From contig JAANOX010000232.1 of the NCBI GenBank assembly GCA_020184695.1, positions 222,093-286,092 of the forward strand: DNA of 64,000 nucleotides, in the 5' to 3' direction. This DNA comes from Histomonas meleagridis 2922-C6/04-290x (taxonomy: Eukaryota; Protista; Parabasalia). Positions 29,029-40,388 of the stretch are shown one piece after another. Both the position numbers and the translations under genes were made by a program. The notes beneath the pieces are model-generated. The model was given only the letters and a program-made list of their open reading frames with translations, had not been told where the DNA came from and did not search any database. Position 1 is the stretch's first letter. Each line of letters begins with the position of its first letter.

Positions 29029-30345
29029 TTAGCTTGATAAAGATGATGTTGTTTCACTCGATGACGATCCACTTGAATCTGATGATTCACCTGAAGATGA
29101 TCCACTACTTTCAGTATCATAATAGTATTCATATATTTCCTCTTCATATATTTCTTCCTCATATTCATAACTTGAAGACAATGAAGATGATGTTGTCAAT
29201 GTTGTTGTTGTAGTAAGTGTAGTTGAAGAGGTCTCTGTTTCTGTTACATCTGTTCCAGACGTTGATTCTTCTTCTGATGAGGTTGACGATGAGGTTGATG
29301 ATATTGGTTTCGGCTTTTCTTTAACTTCGACCTTCACATCCTCCTTCTTCTTTGGCTCCTTCTTCGGCTCTTCCTTCTTCGGTTCTTCTTTCTTCTTTGG
29401 TTCTTCCTTCTTCGGCTCTGGTTTCTTGGCAGGCTGCTTCTTCGATGCTGGTCTGGTTGTTTGCTTGCGGTTCACTTGACAGATCAATCCGACGAGAATC
29501 AAAATTATAATTAATAGAAATGAAAGAATCTCAAGGATGAGGAACAAAACTGTGATGCAATAGAAAACGGAGTAGGATGCGACGCCATATTCCTTCATAC
29601 TTTTTGAAGCGAGAGTTGTGATTCGATCTAATGTACTAAGACCTGCTAATTCAACTTGTTCGGTGTAGAGATCGCACCAATAGTTTTGGAAGTTTTCGAC
29701 ATCCCAGTTACCAATGCACTCGGCTTCGACATTTGACAAATCGTAATCACATGGATTTGAACTTGTAAGGTCGGTTGAGTTGGGTATTGTGAATTTGCAT
29801 GATGGGACAGAGCCAGTAAGGTACATTGAGTTATAATAAAACCTGTATGAAACATAGAAATCGCCTAATGTATAAGAATTGACCTGTATTGATGCATTGT
29901 TGACTGGGAGTTCTATTTCGGCTATTCCTAATTGGTAGTTGTTGTCGACGTAATTACGAAAATCTTCTTCTTCATAATAATTGTATCTGGAAGAAATAAT
30001 AGAGTTTCCATACATTGTGTATGAAAGCCCTATGATCTGTGAAATGATTACACCCAAAGTGAAAAGCAATGAGAAAACTAAGAATACTGTTACAATCCAT
30101 TGTTTTTTAGACTGGCCAATAAAAAGCATGACTGCTGCTATAGTAAATACGAATGACGCTATTGCGAACACTACTATACACATTGTAACATGGTGCATAG
30201 AAATGTTTATTCCGAATTTTAATTGAGAATAATTATTTTCGCTGTTAAAAATCAGACCGTGAATAAATACACAAAGGATTGTAACAAGAAATGTTGCTGC
30301 CGAGCCTCCGACTAAGTAAGGAATGACTTTGGTTCGAGAAGGCAT
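29029..30345 (-). CDS. Four-TM membrane protein with Cys-containing large loop and KEEPKK plus S/T/E-rich tail
   Basis: Three N-terminal hydrophobic helices, a long loop, a fourth helix, then low-complexity tail. First ATG is 30345; the track starts at GTG. Confidence 0.75.
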   Translation of the reverse strand: MPSRTKVIPYLVGGSAATFLVTILCVFIHGLIFNSENNYSQLKFGINISMHHVTMCIVVFAIASFVFTIAAVMLFIGQSKKQWIVTVFLVFSLLFTLGVIISQIIGLSYTMYGNSIISSRYNYYEEEDFRNYVDNNYQLGIAEIELPVNNASIQVNSYTLGDFYVSYRFYYNSMYLTGSVPSCKFTIPNSTDLTSSNPCDYDLSNVEAECIGNWDVENFQNYWCDLYTEQVELAGLSTLDRITTLASKSMKEYGVASYSVFYCITVLFLILEILSFLLIIILILVGLICQVNRKQTTRPASKKQPAKKPEPKKEEPKKKEEPKKEEPKKEPKKKEDVKVEVKEKPKPISSTSSSTSSEEESTSGTDVTETETSSTTLTTTTTLTTSSSLSSSYEYEEEIYEEEIYEYYYDTESSGSSSGESSDSSGSSSSETTSSLSS

Positions 30346-31559
30346 CTTTCTGTTGTGAAAAAACGTCGACCCTTTGAACAGGGACTCTGAATTTTTTGAA
30401 TACACAATGTCAGAAAATTGGCTTTTTGACTAGATTTTTTGCGGCTAATTAACGTCTTGTGTGCTTTTTCTTTTCTTTTGGTGTTTTTGAGTGGCAAATT
30501 TATTACAGTTCATAAAAATCTTTGTGAAAACATTTAGCATTATTAAATCATGAAAAAAATATGAATTACTCTCTCGTTTATTAATTTCTGGTTGGAAATC
30601 TTTCATTTTCCCATAAAAAACATTGTAGAATCATTTTTTGCTAAATCTCCGACAGCTTTTTCTCTTAAACTACCAGTTTGCCAAATAAAGTTATCAATTG
30701 CTAAGCTTTTTGAGGCATCGCCTGTCAGAAGTGAAATGAACCCAACGGCAAAAAAAAACGCTGCTTTGTGGAGAAAGAATCTGCCAGAAATTCAAAAAGT
30801 TAAAATAAGAAACCAAGCTTTTGATAGAAATTGAATGCGTCAGTGAAAAACTTCTTCGAAGAAGCGGTTAATTTAATGGATTTGAATACCTATCGTTGCC
30901 GTTTTTGCCTATGACGAATTTTGCACCAAAAATGATTGCGCCCATGTGTTAATTTTGGGGTTTTTAAATAAAATTCTATCAAAAGATTCCCAATCGAGGT
31001 TTTAGTAAAAAAAATTCAGAACACTGATTATGAAAAGTGTGTTTCTCTTTAATCAGCGAGAGAAGTTCAAATCATTTGAACATATGCCCTTATCACAGTA
31101 AAGGCATTCTTTTAACCATGATTGCTTACAGCACTTTTTAACTTGGAAACAACGAGAAACAATCAAATGTTAAATGAGAATATACTTTTTTTTATTTTAA
31201 ATTCTTTGACTCATCTCCTATATTGAATCCTTGCTATAAATGAAATATAATTACAAATTGAAGATTTTTGCAGCATTCATTTAGTAAATTTTTAAATCTC
31301 TTTAATGGAAAATAAGGTCATCATTTTATATTGTTCTTACATTCTATAACGTGTTAACATATTTCAATTTACGATAATTTGTCGAATTTTTGTAATAGTT
31401 AATTTCATAAGAAATTCAATCCAAACAAATACATCAATTTTAATAGTTGTGTGGTTATATTTTACAATATTTGTTCTGTAGGTATTGCTGAAAAATGTTT
31501 GTTCTTGTTCATTTTTGGGGGTGCCCCATTATAAAACCGTTAAAACTTCAGCCACTTTT

Positions 31560-32537
31560 ATGGATATCGAACATTCTCTTTCGGAAGAAGGAATAAATTA
31601 TGGATATCAAATGACACAAAATGATGAAACAATAACAGTCACTACAAAATATAGTCCAAAGTTCAGTGGGCAAGGAGTTATATTTGAATATCTACCAGAA
31701 GATAATTCACTATATTTAGGTTTCAGAGAACAACCACCAGAGATTTGTGGAAGATTATATAGTGGGGTCAACAGTGCCATTTGTAATTCTACATCAACAG
31801 AAATTATTGTTACTCTAATCAAATCTTCCAAAAATGAATGGCCTTTTCTAATCTCCTCGCCAAGTGCTCATGGCATTGATTCTAAATCACTTTTCCTTCT
31901 TGGTCTTCATGCAGATTCAAGCAAAGATTATCAAACTGCATGGACCAATTTTTTCAACTCATACAAAGCAGGGTATTACCCGGCTGCAATTCTAGTTGCC
32001 GACATCCTCATGTCCTCCGAAAACCCGTACAGTGTCAAACAAGACCTTGACGAAAGCATCAAAATTCTATTAAATATTTTTGATGAAACTCACAAACCAC
32101 AAATTGCCATCAAAGCTGCTTCTGCGCTTAAGAAGAGGCATCGCTTTATGGACGCCAGAGCTCTTCTCGAGAGATGTGCAGATCAAGATGATGACGCAAA
32201 ACTAATGCTTGCCAAGCTCTTAAGCCCAATATTCGGCGAGCTTGATGAGGCACAGCATGCTGTGAGCTTGTTTGCAGCCCTTTCGTCCAAAAAAAATCCC
32301 GAAGCGATGAGATGCTTGGCAAAGCATATGCTCACCGGCTCTGGGATAGAAAAGAACAAAGAGGAGGCAAAGAGGCTCATAGAAGAAGCGAAAAGTATCG
32401 ATGGAGTTGCGGCCGAGATAATACAAATTTCAGATAAATGGTCGCATGTGTTAATAGGTGCAGCTATAGGAGTAGGAGTGGCAGCAGTAGCGTTTGGGAT
32501 TGTTGCGTTATGGCGGAGAAGAAGTGGGAATAAATAA
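31560..32537 (+). CDS. CS/Hsp20-like domain, Sel1/TPR-like repeats and C-terminal tail anchor; candidate Tom36/Tom46-like hydrogenosomal receptor
   Basis: YQMTQNDETITV...CGRLYSGV...VTLIKSSKNEWPFL (CS-type), Sel1-like repeats (EAMRCLAKHMLTGSGIEKNKEEAKRL), TM followed by WRRRSGNK. ATG at 31560. Confidence 0.65.
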   Translation: MDIEHSLSEEGINYGYQMTQNDETITVTTKYSPKFSGQGVIFEYLPEDNSLYLGFREQPPEICGRLYSGVNSAICNSTSTEIIVTLIKSSKNEWPFLISSPSAHGIDSKSLFLLGLHADSSKDYQTAWTNFFNSYKAGYYPAAILVADILMSSENPYSVKQDLDESIKILLNIFDETHKPQIAIKAASALKKRHRFMDARALLERCADQDDDAKLMLAKLLSPIFGELDEAQHAVSLFAALSSKKNPEAMRCLAKHMLTGSGIEKNKEEAKRLIEEAKSIDGVAAEIIQISDKWSHVLIGAAIGVGVAAVAFGIVALWRRRSGNK

Positions 32538-33072
32538 AATGAGGATTTTGGCTTATTTAATTAAATTCGTAATGATATCATTGTGTGCCCACAAAAGTCA
32601 CTTTGAATTTGTTGAAATAATTTTAGAAAACGCTGAATATGTTTTCTTGTAATTTTTATGAATTGGATATATTATTACTCTAAAAATTTCAAAATTTTAA
32701 TGGTTTTTACAATAATGAAAAATGGAATCAATTTGCACATGATGTCTGGTTTACTAATTCTCCTATGCATATCTTTTCTTCATTTGCCACATGTCATTTA
32801 GATGTTCTGTTTCTGAATGGCGATGATATTATCAATGGATAAAACATATAATGAACATAACAAAGAAATATTAAAGATTCCATTGACTACAATAACCCAA
32901 ACGATTTAAACATTTGTTACATCATAATTCAGTTCGCTTAACTTTGTGTTTGAACTGTAATTCATTTCCCGAAATGTAAATACATTTCATCACATTGCAA
33001 AATATTACGCAAATTATTACATTTCAGATTATCCAAAATTATGAAAAACAAACTTCCCAAATTAGCTATTGT

Positions 33073-34395
33073 TTAGTCTTGGCTGAAATCAACTGGTTTG
33101 CCCATGATTTGCTCGTACAAATCAAGGACTTCAGCAATTGTAGTTTCGAAGTGTGTTGTTGGGTCGTATGAAGAGCTGCAGTACATTCCATCTTGGCTAC
33201 CTGGGATTTGTGGGATGTATACGTCTTGAACTTCGACAGCTTGGTATGCGATCTTGCCGAGGAGGTCAAGGCCTGGCTTCAATTCAGCTTCTGGCTTATC
33301 TGTTTCAACAGTTGTAGAAACAAGAGCGACGTACCAGCCTTGTGGGCAAACGCGTTGTTGGTATGAGGTGAAGCATACATAGATATCATGCTTACGGCCA
33401 ACTTCAGTTTGTGGGATGATGATGTTTGCGGAATCAATCTTGTTCTTGTTGCCAAGGCATTTGATTGGTTGGTTAAGAAGACAGATGGCACGAACAATTC
33501 TGCCTTCAGGCTTTGTCTTGCCTGGGATTTTAGCGAAATATGATGGATCACCAATGATGATTGGAGCATAAGCCTTCTTTCCATTGGATTCGATACCGAC
33601 TGCTCTGCCATTCTCAATGATGATGTTGTCGACTGGTGTGTTAAGCATGTATGTACCACCCCAAACTGCGCAAAGACGAGCAAAGGCTTGTGGAAGATCA
33701 CCTAGACCGTACATTGGGTATAAGTATGGTGAGTTTTGGTTCTTGAACTTAGAGATGGAGTTACCATAAAGGGCCATCTTGTCAATAAGTTCGTTAGCTG
33801 AGCGCTTAAGATATTGATCATCTGGTTCAAGACACATAGCGTGACCAATGAATGTCATTGTGGATGGATCAAGGCCGTATGACTTCATGAATTCTTGTGC
33901 TGTCATTGTCTTAACTTTGGCGTGTTTGGGATCACTTGGGTTATCATAGATGTTGGTAACTTGTTCAAGGAATGATGCAAGACGACGCTTTTCTAAGAGG
34001 CCAACAAGAGAAGTAGAGAATGCTTCTGCAGATGTTGATGGAACCTTATCAACTTTCTTGTTCTTGTAAACATATGAACCAGCGATAAGTTGGAAGTTAA
34101 GGGAATCATTAACCTTTGTGTGGATTAAAACCTTAACAAGAAGACCATCAGCCATGATGAATTTTGGAATAAGGTCGATATTCCAGTCACGATTTGGTCC
34201 AAGTTCTGCTGGTGGATCCTTGTGGAAGAACTTTTGGAAGAATTGTGTGATGTTTAATGAGGCACAATCAGCACCGTAGAAATCGTTACGATCGACGTGT
34301 AAAACCTTCTTCCTGGCAACTGAGAGAAGACCACTGAGGAGGCACTCCTTAAAACCTGTTCCGCATGCGATGACATCATAGTTATCACCCTCCAT
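33073..34395 (-). CDS. GDI1: Rab GDP-dissociation inhibitor
   Basis: YDVIACGTGFKECLLSGLLS, VLHVDRNDFYG, RDWNIDLIPKF, YLYPMYGLGDLPQAFARLCAVWGGTYML, YDPTTHFE. Confidence 0.97.
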   Translation of the reverse strand: MEGDNYDVIACGTGFKECLLSGLLSVARKKVLHVDRNDFYGADCASLNITQFFQKFFHKDPPAELGPNRDWNIDLIPKFIMADGLLVKVLIHTKVNDSLNFQLIAGSYVYKNKKVDKVPSTSAEAFSTSLVGLLEKRRLASFLEQVTNIYDNPSDPKHAKVKTMTAQEFMKSYGLDPSTMTFIGHAMCLEPDDQYLKRSANELIDKMALYGNSISKFKNQNSPYLYPMYGLGDLPQAFARLCAVWGGTYMLNTPVDNIIIENGRAVGIESNGKKAYAPIIIGDPSYFAKIPGKTKPEGRIVRAICLLNQPIKCLGNKNKIDSANIIIPQTEVGRKHDIYVCFTSYQQRVCPQGWYVALVSTTVETDKPEAELKPGLDLLGKIAYQAVEVQDVYIPQIPGSQDGMYCSSSYDPTTHFETTIAEVLDLYEQIMGKPVDFSQD

Positions 34396-34400
34396 TTGCT

Positions 34401-34415
34401 AAGTGAAGTGACTGA
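34401..34415 (-). promoter_or_regulatory. Tandem Inr-like elements upstream of Rab GDI
   Basis: Minus strand reads TCAGTCACTTCACTT, ending 6 nt before the ATG. AACCGTT (minus strand) is at about 34445-34451. Confidence 0.55.
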
Positions 34416-35354
34416 ATAATTTATTTCAAATTTCGACAAACAGAAACGGTTTTTGTAAATGGGCAACTTGGGGTCTCCTAAAAAAGTACAAGTGCTTTAT
34501 AACCGTTTTCGTGAGATCGACCGTTTATTGTACTTGTACAAAATCTGACTAAGGTTAGAAGTACAAAAAGTGACACCGTTTCACTTGAAGCTTTAGAATT
34601 CGGTATTCCGTCTTCATCTGCATTGTTATTGGATCTACATTGATCCCTGACTGTCACATGTCATGCTATTTCACTGGAACTGAATGGTGTTAAATAATGT
34701 TAAAACCTTTTTAATCCTTAGTAAACGAAAGGCTAAAATTTTAATAAAAACAAGAAACTAAAAATTTTGTAAATTTATATTCACATGAAATCATAAAATT
34801 CACTTTAAGAATTACAAAATTTAAAGTAACGCCAAAGAACGTATAGATAAAATCTATTATTTGTTTTTAATTATTTTTATGCTATGAAGGAATTTGTTTA
34901 ATTTGATTTTTTTTATCCTTTTTATCGTAAGAGAATTGAATTGTTTACAAATTAATTTAAATATTTCAGATATTTCATATCATATATTTCTCGTATAAAT
35001 ATGTTATTTCAATGTTAATATGTTGCTAACATGTATATCATGCTTATTATGAAAAAAAAGTCTCATTTTAAAACAAAATACAAATGATTCAAGAATTAAA
35101 CGATGGCTTTCGTTGATTGAAAAATGATAATAAATTTATTCAATTTATCTTGTCTAAAAAAGGCAAATTAAATAATTTTATAGACTAAAATTAACCAAAC
35201 TAATTGATAGAAATGATAAATGATTATAAATTGTGTCTTAATTACGAAATATCTTTTAAAAATTAGATTTCATCATAAGAATTACAATGAAACTTTCTTG
35301 TTCGAATTCAGATAGTCAAAATTTCAAATGACAATTAATGACGTTTAGAATTTT

Positions 35355-38300
35355 ATGGAGCTTCAACAAGAGCAATTTTGTCAGTTAGCAAATGATGCTC
35401 TTTCTACATCTAACGCACGTGAATTTAGCGAAAAAGTTTTAATAGATTTCTTGAGAGCTGATCCACTACATTTTGAGCAATTTTCAATGAATATGATTAT
35501 GTCGGATCCAAATCCAATAAATAAACAAATAGGTATTACACTTCTTTGCAGAGGAATTAAACTCGGAAATTTATACCAATTAGTTCAGTTTCAAAATGAA
35601 TTCTGGCCTCTTTTTTCAATTTTTTTTCTACAATTTATTCAAAGGCAAGATATTCCGCACAATTCTAAATTGTTAGTTTCTTCTATTGTTGCTTTGCTTG
35701 CTTCAACAACATATAAACAGACACAAGGAACCATTATTCAAAATTATGTTTGCGAAATTTTCACAAAAGTTCCAGAATTTGAACCGTTCATATACTCAAT
35801 TATATCTGAAATTTTGCTATCGACTGGTGACTTCGCCGGCTTTGATCAAAATTTTTTATTACAATTAATTACCAGAGATTTAGTTTATGACACCTCAATT
35901 CTTCCAAGAGCGCAGTTGTTTTTTACAATTTGGGGCATGGTAAGTGACGAAGTTGCTCTTAATTTTGAATCTGTATTCTATAATCAATTAATAAATACAT
36001 TTCCAACTGAACAGCTTCCAGGCCTCCTCACTGCCATTGATTCATTTGCTGAAAATCATGCTAATATGTTCTGCCAAAAACTTTCATCTCTTGTCGACTT
36101 TCTTTGCAAGATTGCCATCAGCGAAAACTGCCCTTTTCGCAATCTTGCTCTATATATATTTGCTTCACTAGCTAAGGGCGCTCCTATAATGTGTTCCAAT
36201 TCACCTGATTTTTTTAACAATGTGTTTTTCGTCTTATCGAAGTTAATTGAGCAAACCGAAGAAGATTGTTCAGAACATGATTACAACGATATTTCTACAT
36301 CATCTTGTGCTAAATATGTTCTACTGACTATTTTAAAAGTTTCTTCCTCACCAAATTATCTAATCTATTTTCTAAAATATCATGAGCATATTTCTCAAGG
36401 TGAATATACATGGCGACAACTTTATCCTATTTTTATAGCATATTCAGGTGTGGGTATTTATGCGTGGTCGGCTTTTCCTGGGAATCTGTTTGATTTTGTA
36501 TGTCAATTAATTAACATCATTCAAAATCCAGTACTTTCACATTATTTACTTCGGATAGAATTATATAAAATGATAAAAAACTTCTGTAAACAAAGGCCAT
36601 ATACATATCAAGAAAGAGGAAACATATTAATTTTCTTAAAGAATTTTGTAAATGAGCAACATCCAAAAGCTTTGGAAGAATGTGTAAAAGCATTAATGTA
36701 TTTCTTTATAAAGCTTCCACGCGAAGCAATAATACAATATTTTAACACTGAGTTTAACTATTTTTTGGAAATACTTACAAAAATTCCAGAACATATACAA
36801 GTTTATATATATAAAATCATATATAAATTTGAAGCCGTTTTAGGAATGCATTTTCCGTTTTATAATGAAATGCTTACACTTTTAAAAGATCGTTATGTTA
36901 ATGCAACATATCCAGTATTAAAAGTATCAATAATTAATGCTTATTATGGTTCATTATGTACTTTTTTAATGTATAATAAACAACTCACAGCTGAAATACT
37001 TCAAGTTGTGAATTGTTTCTTAGATGATTTGATTATAATGCAAAATAATTACATAGATGAAAAATTCGATGAATCTTGTAACCATGCAATTCAAAGATTA
37101 ATAATATATTGCAATTCACAAATTGTTGACCATGTTTTTCTAAATGCATTCCAAACAATTCAAGAACCACTTCAAATAATAACTTTGGGTGCATTCGAAG
37201 ATTCATCACTTTATCCGCAATCTGTTTATTATCGTTTGATATCAGATAATAAATCAGAAAAAGCTTTTTCTCCAAAATCAAACATAGATAAAATAGTTAA
37301 TGCTATTACACTTATTCGTGCGTTTTTAGATCAAAGGAAAGATGAATTTTTCCAATATGTTCAAAACATAATAACTTTAGCTGGAAATGTTCTTAATCAA
37401 AAATTTTATTCACAAAAATTAGTTTTCTCATTACTTAATTTGTTGCATCAAATAACTTGTGAATTTAAAGAAAACGAAATAATTTTTGCGATTTTTGAAA
37501 TAGAAATACGAATTATTAATGCAATAATATTAAATATAGAATCAATGTCAAGCCTTAATAATTTCATTTTAACATGTGAAGATATATTTGAATTTATTGT
37601 TACTACTAATTATATTAACAATGAACAAATTCATTTACTTTTTAAAAACTTAGTTACACTTCTTAATAATCTTTTGATAATAAAACAAAAAAAAACTAAA
37701 ACTCTTAAACAATATCATTATGATAACATTGAAGATGAAAAAGATATTGTTTTTGTTGATACTTCCATTGTAGAGACATGTTTATTCATTCGTATTTTAG
37801 TATGGAATCCAAATTATTCCAATTTAATTGATGGTCTTTTTGTTAAAATTGTACAAGATTTAGAAGTTTTATTAAATGATCCAATTTCAAAAGAAGCTGC
37901 AATTCTATTAATTGGAACATTTATTGTCTATAAGAAAAATGAAATCCAAATTACGCAGAATTATATTCTTGCAATTATTAATATTGCTGCTTCATTTACA
38001 CAAAATTGTGAATATTCATCAATTGCATTTGGACAACTTGTTGAGATATTTAAGAACCATACACCTATAAATGATATGTTATGTAATAATTTATGCGCAT
38101 TGTTTAAAAATACGCTAACTGATCCGAGTTTACAAGAAGAATATGCTGATATTTCGGATTCATGTTTAGCTGCTTTTGCTTTGTTTATTTGGTATTATTT
38201 GTTACCTAATCCAGAATGTTCTTGCCAATCCATCTGTAACGATGCTTTAAATCTGTTCTTCGATTCGTTGCCAATATGGGAAGGAAATTATCCGCATGTT

Positions 38301-38606
38301 GTTTACGTGTTTTTGTTCATCGCAGATTTGGTGTTGAATCAAGACCCATCATTAGAAATACAAAAAAACTTCACAGCAGCAATGAAGGCAGTAGATAAAT
38401 GGTTCTTATCTTTCGATGATGATTCAAAAATTTATGACGTCCCAGCAGATAAAGTAAGCGAAATGATGCTAAAGTGCTTCGACGAGTTGTATGCAAGCGA
38501 TGAAAACTGTGACTTGATAAAAGGCGCATTCGATGAAATAAGCCTTGATTCAAATTTGATGGAAAGATATAGAATATGGAGAAGCAAGGATACAAATGAA
38601 CAGTAA
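35355..38606 (+). CDS. Large HEAT-repeat protein, importin-beta/karyopherin-like
   Basis: 1083 aa, all-helical L/I/F-rich repeats. The N-terminus resembles IBN_N (AREFSEKVL...NKQIGITLL). Confidence 0.55.
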   Translation: MELQQEQFCQLANDALSTSNAREFSEKVLIDFLRADPLHFEQFSMNMIMSDPNPINKQIGITLLCRGIKLGNLYQLVQFQNEFWPLFSIFFLQFIQRQDIPHNSKLLVSSIVALLASTTYKQTQGTIIQNYVCEIFTKVPEFEPFIYSIISEILLSTGDFAGFDQNFLLQLITRDLVYDTSILPRAQLFFTIWGMVSDEVALNFESVFYNQLINTFPTEQLPGLLTAIDSFAENHANMFCQKLSSLVDFLCKIAISENCPFRNLALYIFASLAKGAPIMCSNSPDFFNNVFFVLSKLIEQTEEDCSEHDYNDISTSSCAKYVLLTILKVSSSPNYLIYFLKYHEHISQGEYTWRQLYPIFIAYSGVGIYAWSAFPGNLFDFVCQLINIIQNPVLSHYLLRIELYKMIKNFCKQRPYTYQERGNILIFLKNFVNEQHPKALEECVKALMYFFIKLPREAIIQYFNTEFNYFLEILTKIPEHIQVYIYKIIYKFEAVLGMHFPFYNEMLTLLKDRYVNATYPVLKVSIINAYYGSLCTFLMYNKQLTAEILQVVNCFLDDLIIMQNNYIDEKFDESCNHAIQRLIIYCNSQIVDHVFLNAFQTIQEPLQIITLGAFEDSSLYPQSVYYRLISDNKSEKAFSPKSNIDKIVNAITLIRAFLDQRKDEFFQYVQNIITLAGNVLNQKFYSQKLVFSLLNLLHQITCEFKENEIIFAIFEIEIRIINAIILNIESMSSLNNFILTCEDIFEFIVTTNYINNEQIHLLFKNLVTLLNNLLIIKQKKTKTLKQYHYDNIEDEKDIVFVDTSIVETCLFIRILVWNPNYSNLIDGLFVKIVQDLEVLLNDPISKEAAILLIGTFIVYKKNEIQITQNYILAIINIAASFTQNCEYSSIAFGQLVEIFKNHTPINDMLCNNLCALFKNTLTDPSLQEEYADISDSCLAAFALFIWYYLLPNPECSCQSICNDALNLFFDSLPIWEGNYPHVVYVFLFIADLVLNQDPSLEIQKNFTAAMKAVDKWFLSFDDDSKIYDVPADKVSEMMLKCFDELYASDENCDLIKGAFDEISLDSNLMERYRIWRSKDTNEQ

Positions 38607-39063
38607 AATAGTGACTGTTTTGTCGATTTTTCTTCTTTTCTCAAAACTTTTTTAGAATTATGAAGAGCATTTAATGGAACTAAATATGAAATTTGTTAAA
38701 TGAAATTACAAAAATATAAATTCAAAATGATGAATTCGGAAAATCTCAAGAAACACAATCATTCATAATTAAATTATTATTTTAAGCAAATAATTGATTC
38801 ATCAATTGATTACTTATATTTCATGTGATATATTGAAATATATTACTATTATATAGAATAAATTCCGGAAATATAGAAATTGTTAAATTCCTTCTTGAAC
38901 AAGATGGAATTAATGTAAAAGGTATTTATTTTAATATTTCAAAATAATTATTTAAATTATCATGTAATGTTAACACATCACATGTTTGCATCTAAAAGAG
39001 TTGTATAGCTATACCAAAATAATTAAATTACTTCTTGAACAAAACGGAATTTCTGCTATGTGA

Positions 39064-39086
39064 AACCGTTTTTAATTGGTCATTCG
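39064..39086 (+). promoter_or_regulatory. Myb-type AACCGTT element plus Inr-like TCATTC upstream of U1-70K
   Basis: aaccgtt at 39064 and tcattc at 39080; ATG at 39104. Confidence 0.45.
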
Positions 39087-39103
39087 GTTTAAACAGTTTT
39101 GGG

Positions 39104-39874
39104 ATGCCACCAAAATATGCAGAAGAGATCACACAACTTTTTAAAGCTAGGCCAAAGCTTAGAGTCATAAAGCCTGAGCCAAAACCAGCGCCACGAAATT
39201 TTACTGGGTTTTCTGCATACTTGGAAGCAATTAAAAACGTAGAACTTCCCCCACCTTCTGAACCGATCTTATCAATTAATGAATCCAGAATTCAGCGGAG
39301 AATGCAAAGGCAACAAGCCAATGAAGAAAAGCTTGCAATTCAAAGAGCAAATTATCATCCAAAAGATAATCCAGACGCTACTTCAAATCCTTATAACACT
39401 CTTTTCCTTGGAGGCATACAAAGCAACCTCACAGAAAAAAGTGTGAGATATGAGTTAGGTGTTTTTGGTCCAATTAAAACAGTCAAATTTGTATATGATA
39501 AAAATACAGGAAAACGACGCCCATACTGTTTTGTTGAATATGAAAAGGAGAGCTCCTTCAAAAACGCAATGGCCCAAGGCTCCAAAATTTATTTTAAAGA
39601 TGAAAATGGTGAAAATCGAAAAGTGATCATCGACTGCGAAAGAGGACGGACAGTCACGGGATGGCTTCCCAGGCGCCTTGGAGGTGGTATTGGTGGACTT
39701 TCTCGAAGGTTTACTAAGAAGACAATTGTAATCGAGAAAAATGTTAAGCGTCCGAAAAGATCTGGATACAAATATGGAATCCGCTACAAAGGCGTTCTCG
39801 CTGAAGTATCAAAGAGAAGAGATGTCAAGCTTGGAATTGAGCGAAAAAGTTATAAGCCAAGAAAAGGATGGTAA
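39104..39874 (+). CDS. SNRNP70: U1 snRNP 70 kDa protein
   Basis: LFKARPKL, YHPKDNP...PYNTLFLG, RNP1 RPYCFVEYE, DCERGRTVTGWLPRRLGGGIGG. First ATG is 39104. Confidence 0.93.
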   Translation: MPPKYAEEITQLFKARPKLRVIKPEPKPAPRNFTGFSAYLEAIKNVELPPPSEPILSINESRIQRRMQRQQANEEKLAIQRANYHPKDNPDATSNPYNTLFLGGIQSNLTEKSVRYELGVFGPIKTVKFVYDKNTGKRRPYCFVEYEKESSFKNAMAQGSKIYFKDENGENRKVIIDCERGRTVTGWLPRRLGGGIGGLSRRFTKKTIVIEKNVKRPKRSGYKYGIRYKGVLAEVSKRRDVKLGIERKSYKPRKGW

Positions 39875-39990
39875 TTCTAAGCAGAAGTTCTCATGTAAAA
39901 AGTTTGTAAAGGTTTTTTGGAAAGAAATTTATTCGACGCGAATAGTGAATGCGATTCTGTAATAATTTGATATTTTTTAATGATAAACAT

Positions 39991-40388
39991 TGATAAAATG
40001 CATGATTTCCAATATAGACCAAGGAAGATTAGTGTATGCTGAAAAAGAAAATATGTTAAAATGCGTGATTTACAATGTTTAGACCAAGGAAGATTAGTGT
40101 TTGCTGAAGAAGAAAATATGTTAAAATGCGTGATTTACAATATATAGACCAAGGAAGATTAATATTTGCTGAAGAAGAAAATATGTTAAAATGCGTGATT
40201 TACAATGTATAGACCAAGGAAGATTAGTGTTTGCTGAAGAAGAAAATATGTTAAAATGCGTGATTTACAATATATAGACCAAGGAAGATTAATATTTGCT
40301 GAAGAAGAAAATATGTTAAAATGCGTGATTTACAATGTATAGACCAAGGAAGATTAATATTTGTTGAAAAAAAATGATAAAATGCATT
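39991..40388. repeat. Non-coding minisatellite, six copies of a 65-bp unit
   Basis: AGACCAAGGAAG at 40016, 40081, 40146, 40211, 40276 and 40341, an exact 65-bp period. Confidence 0.95.
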
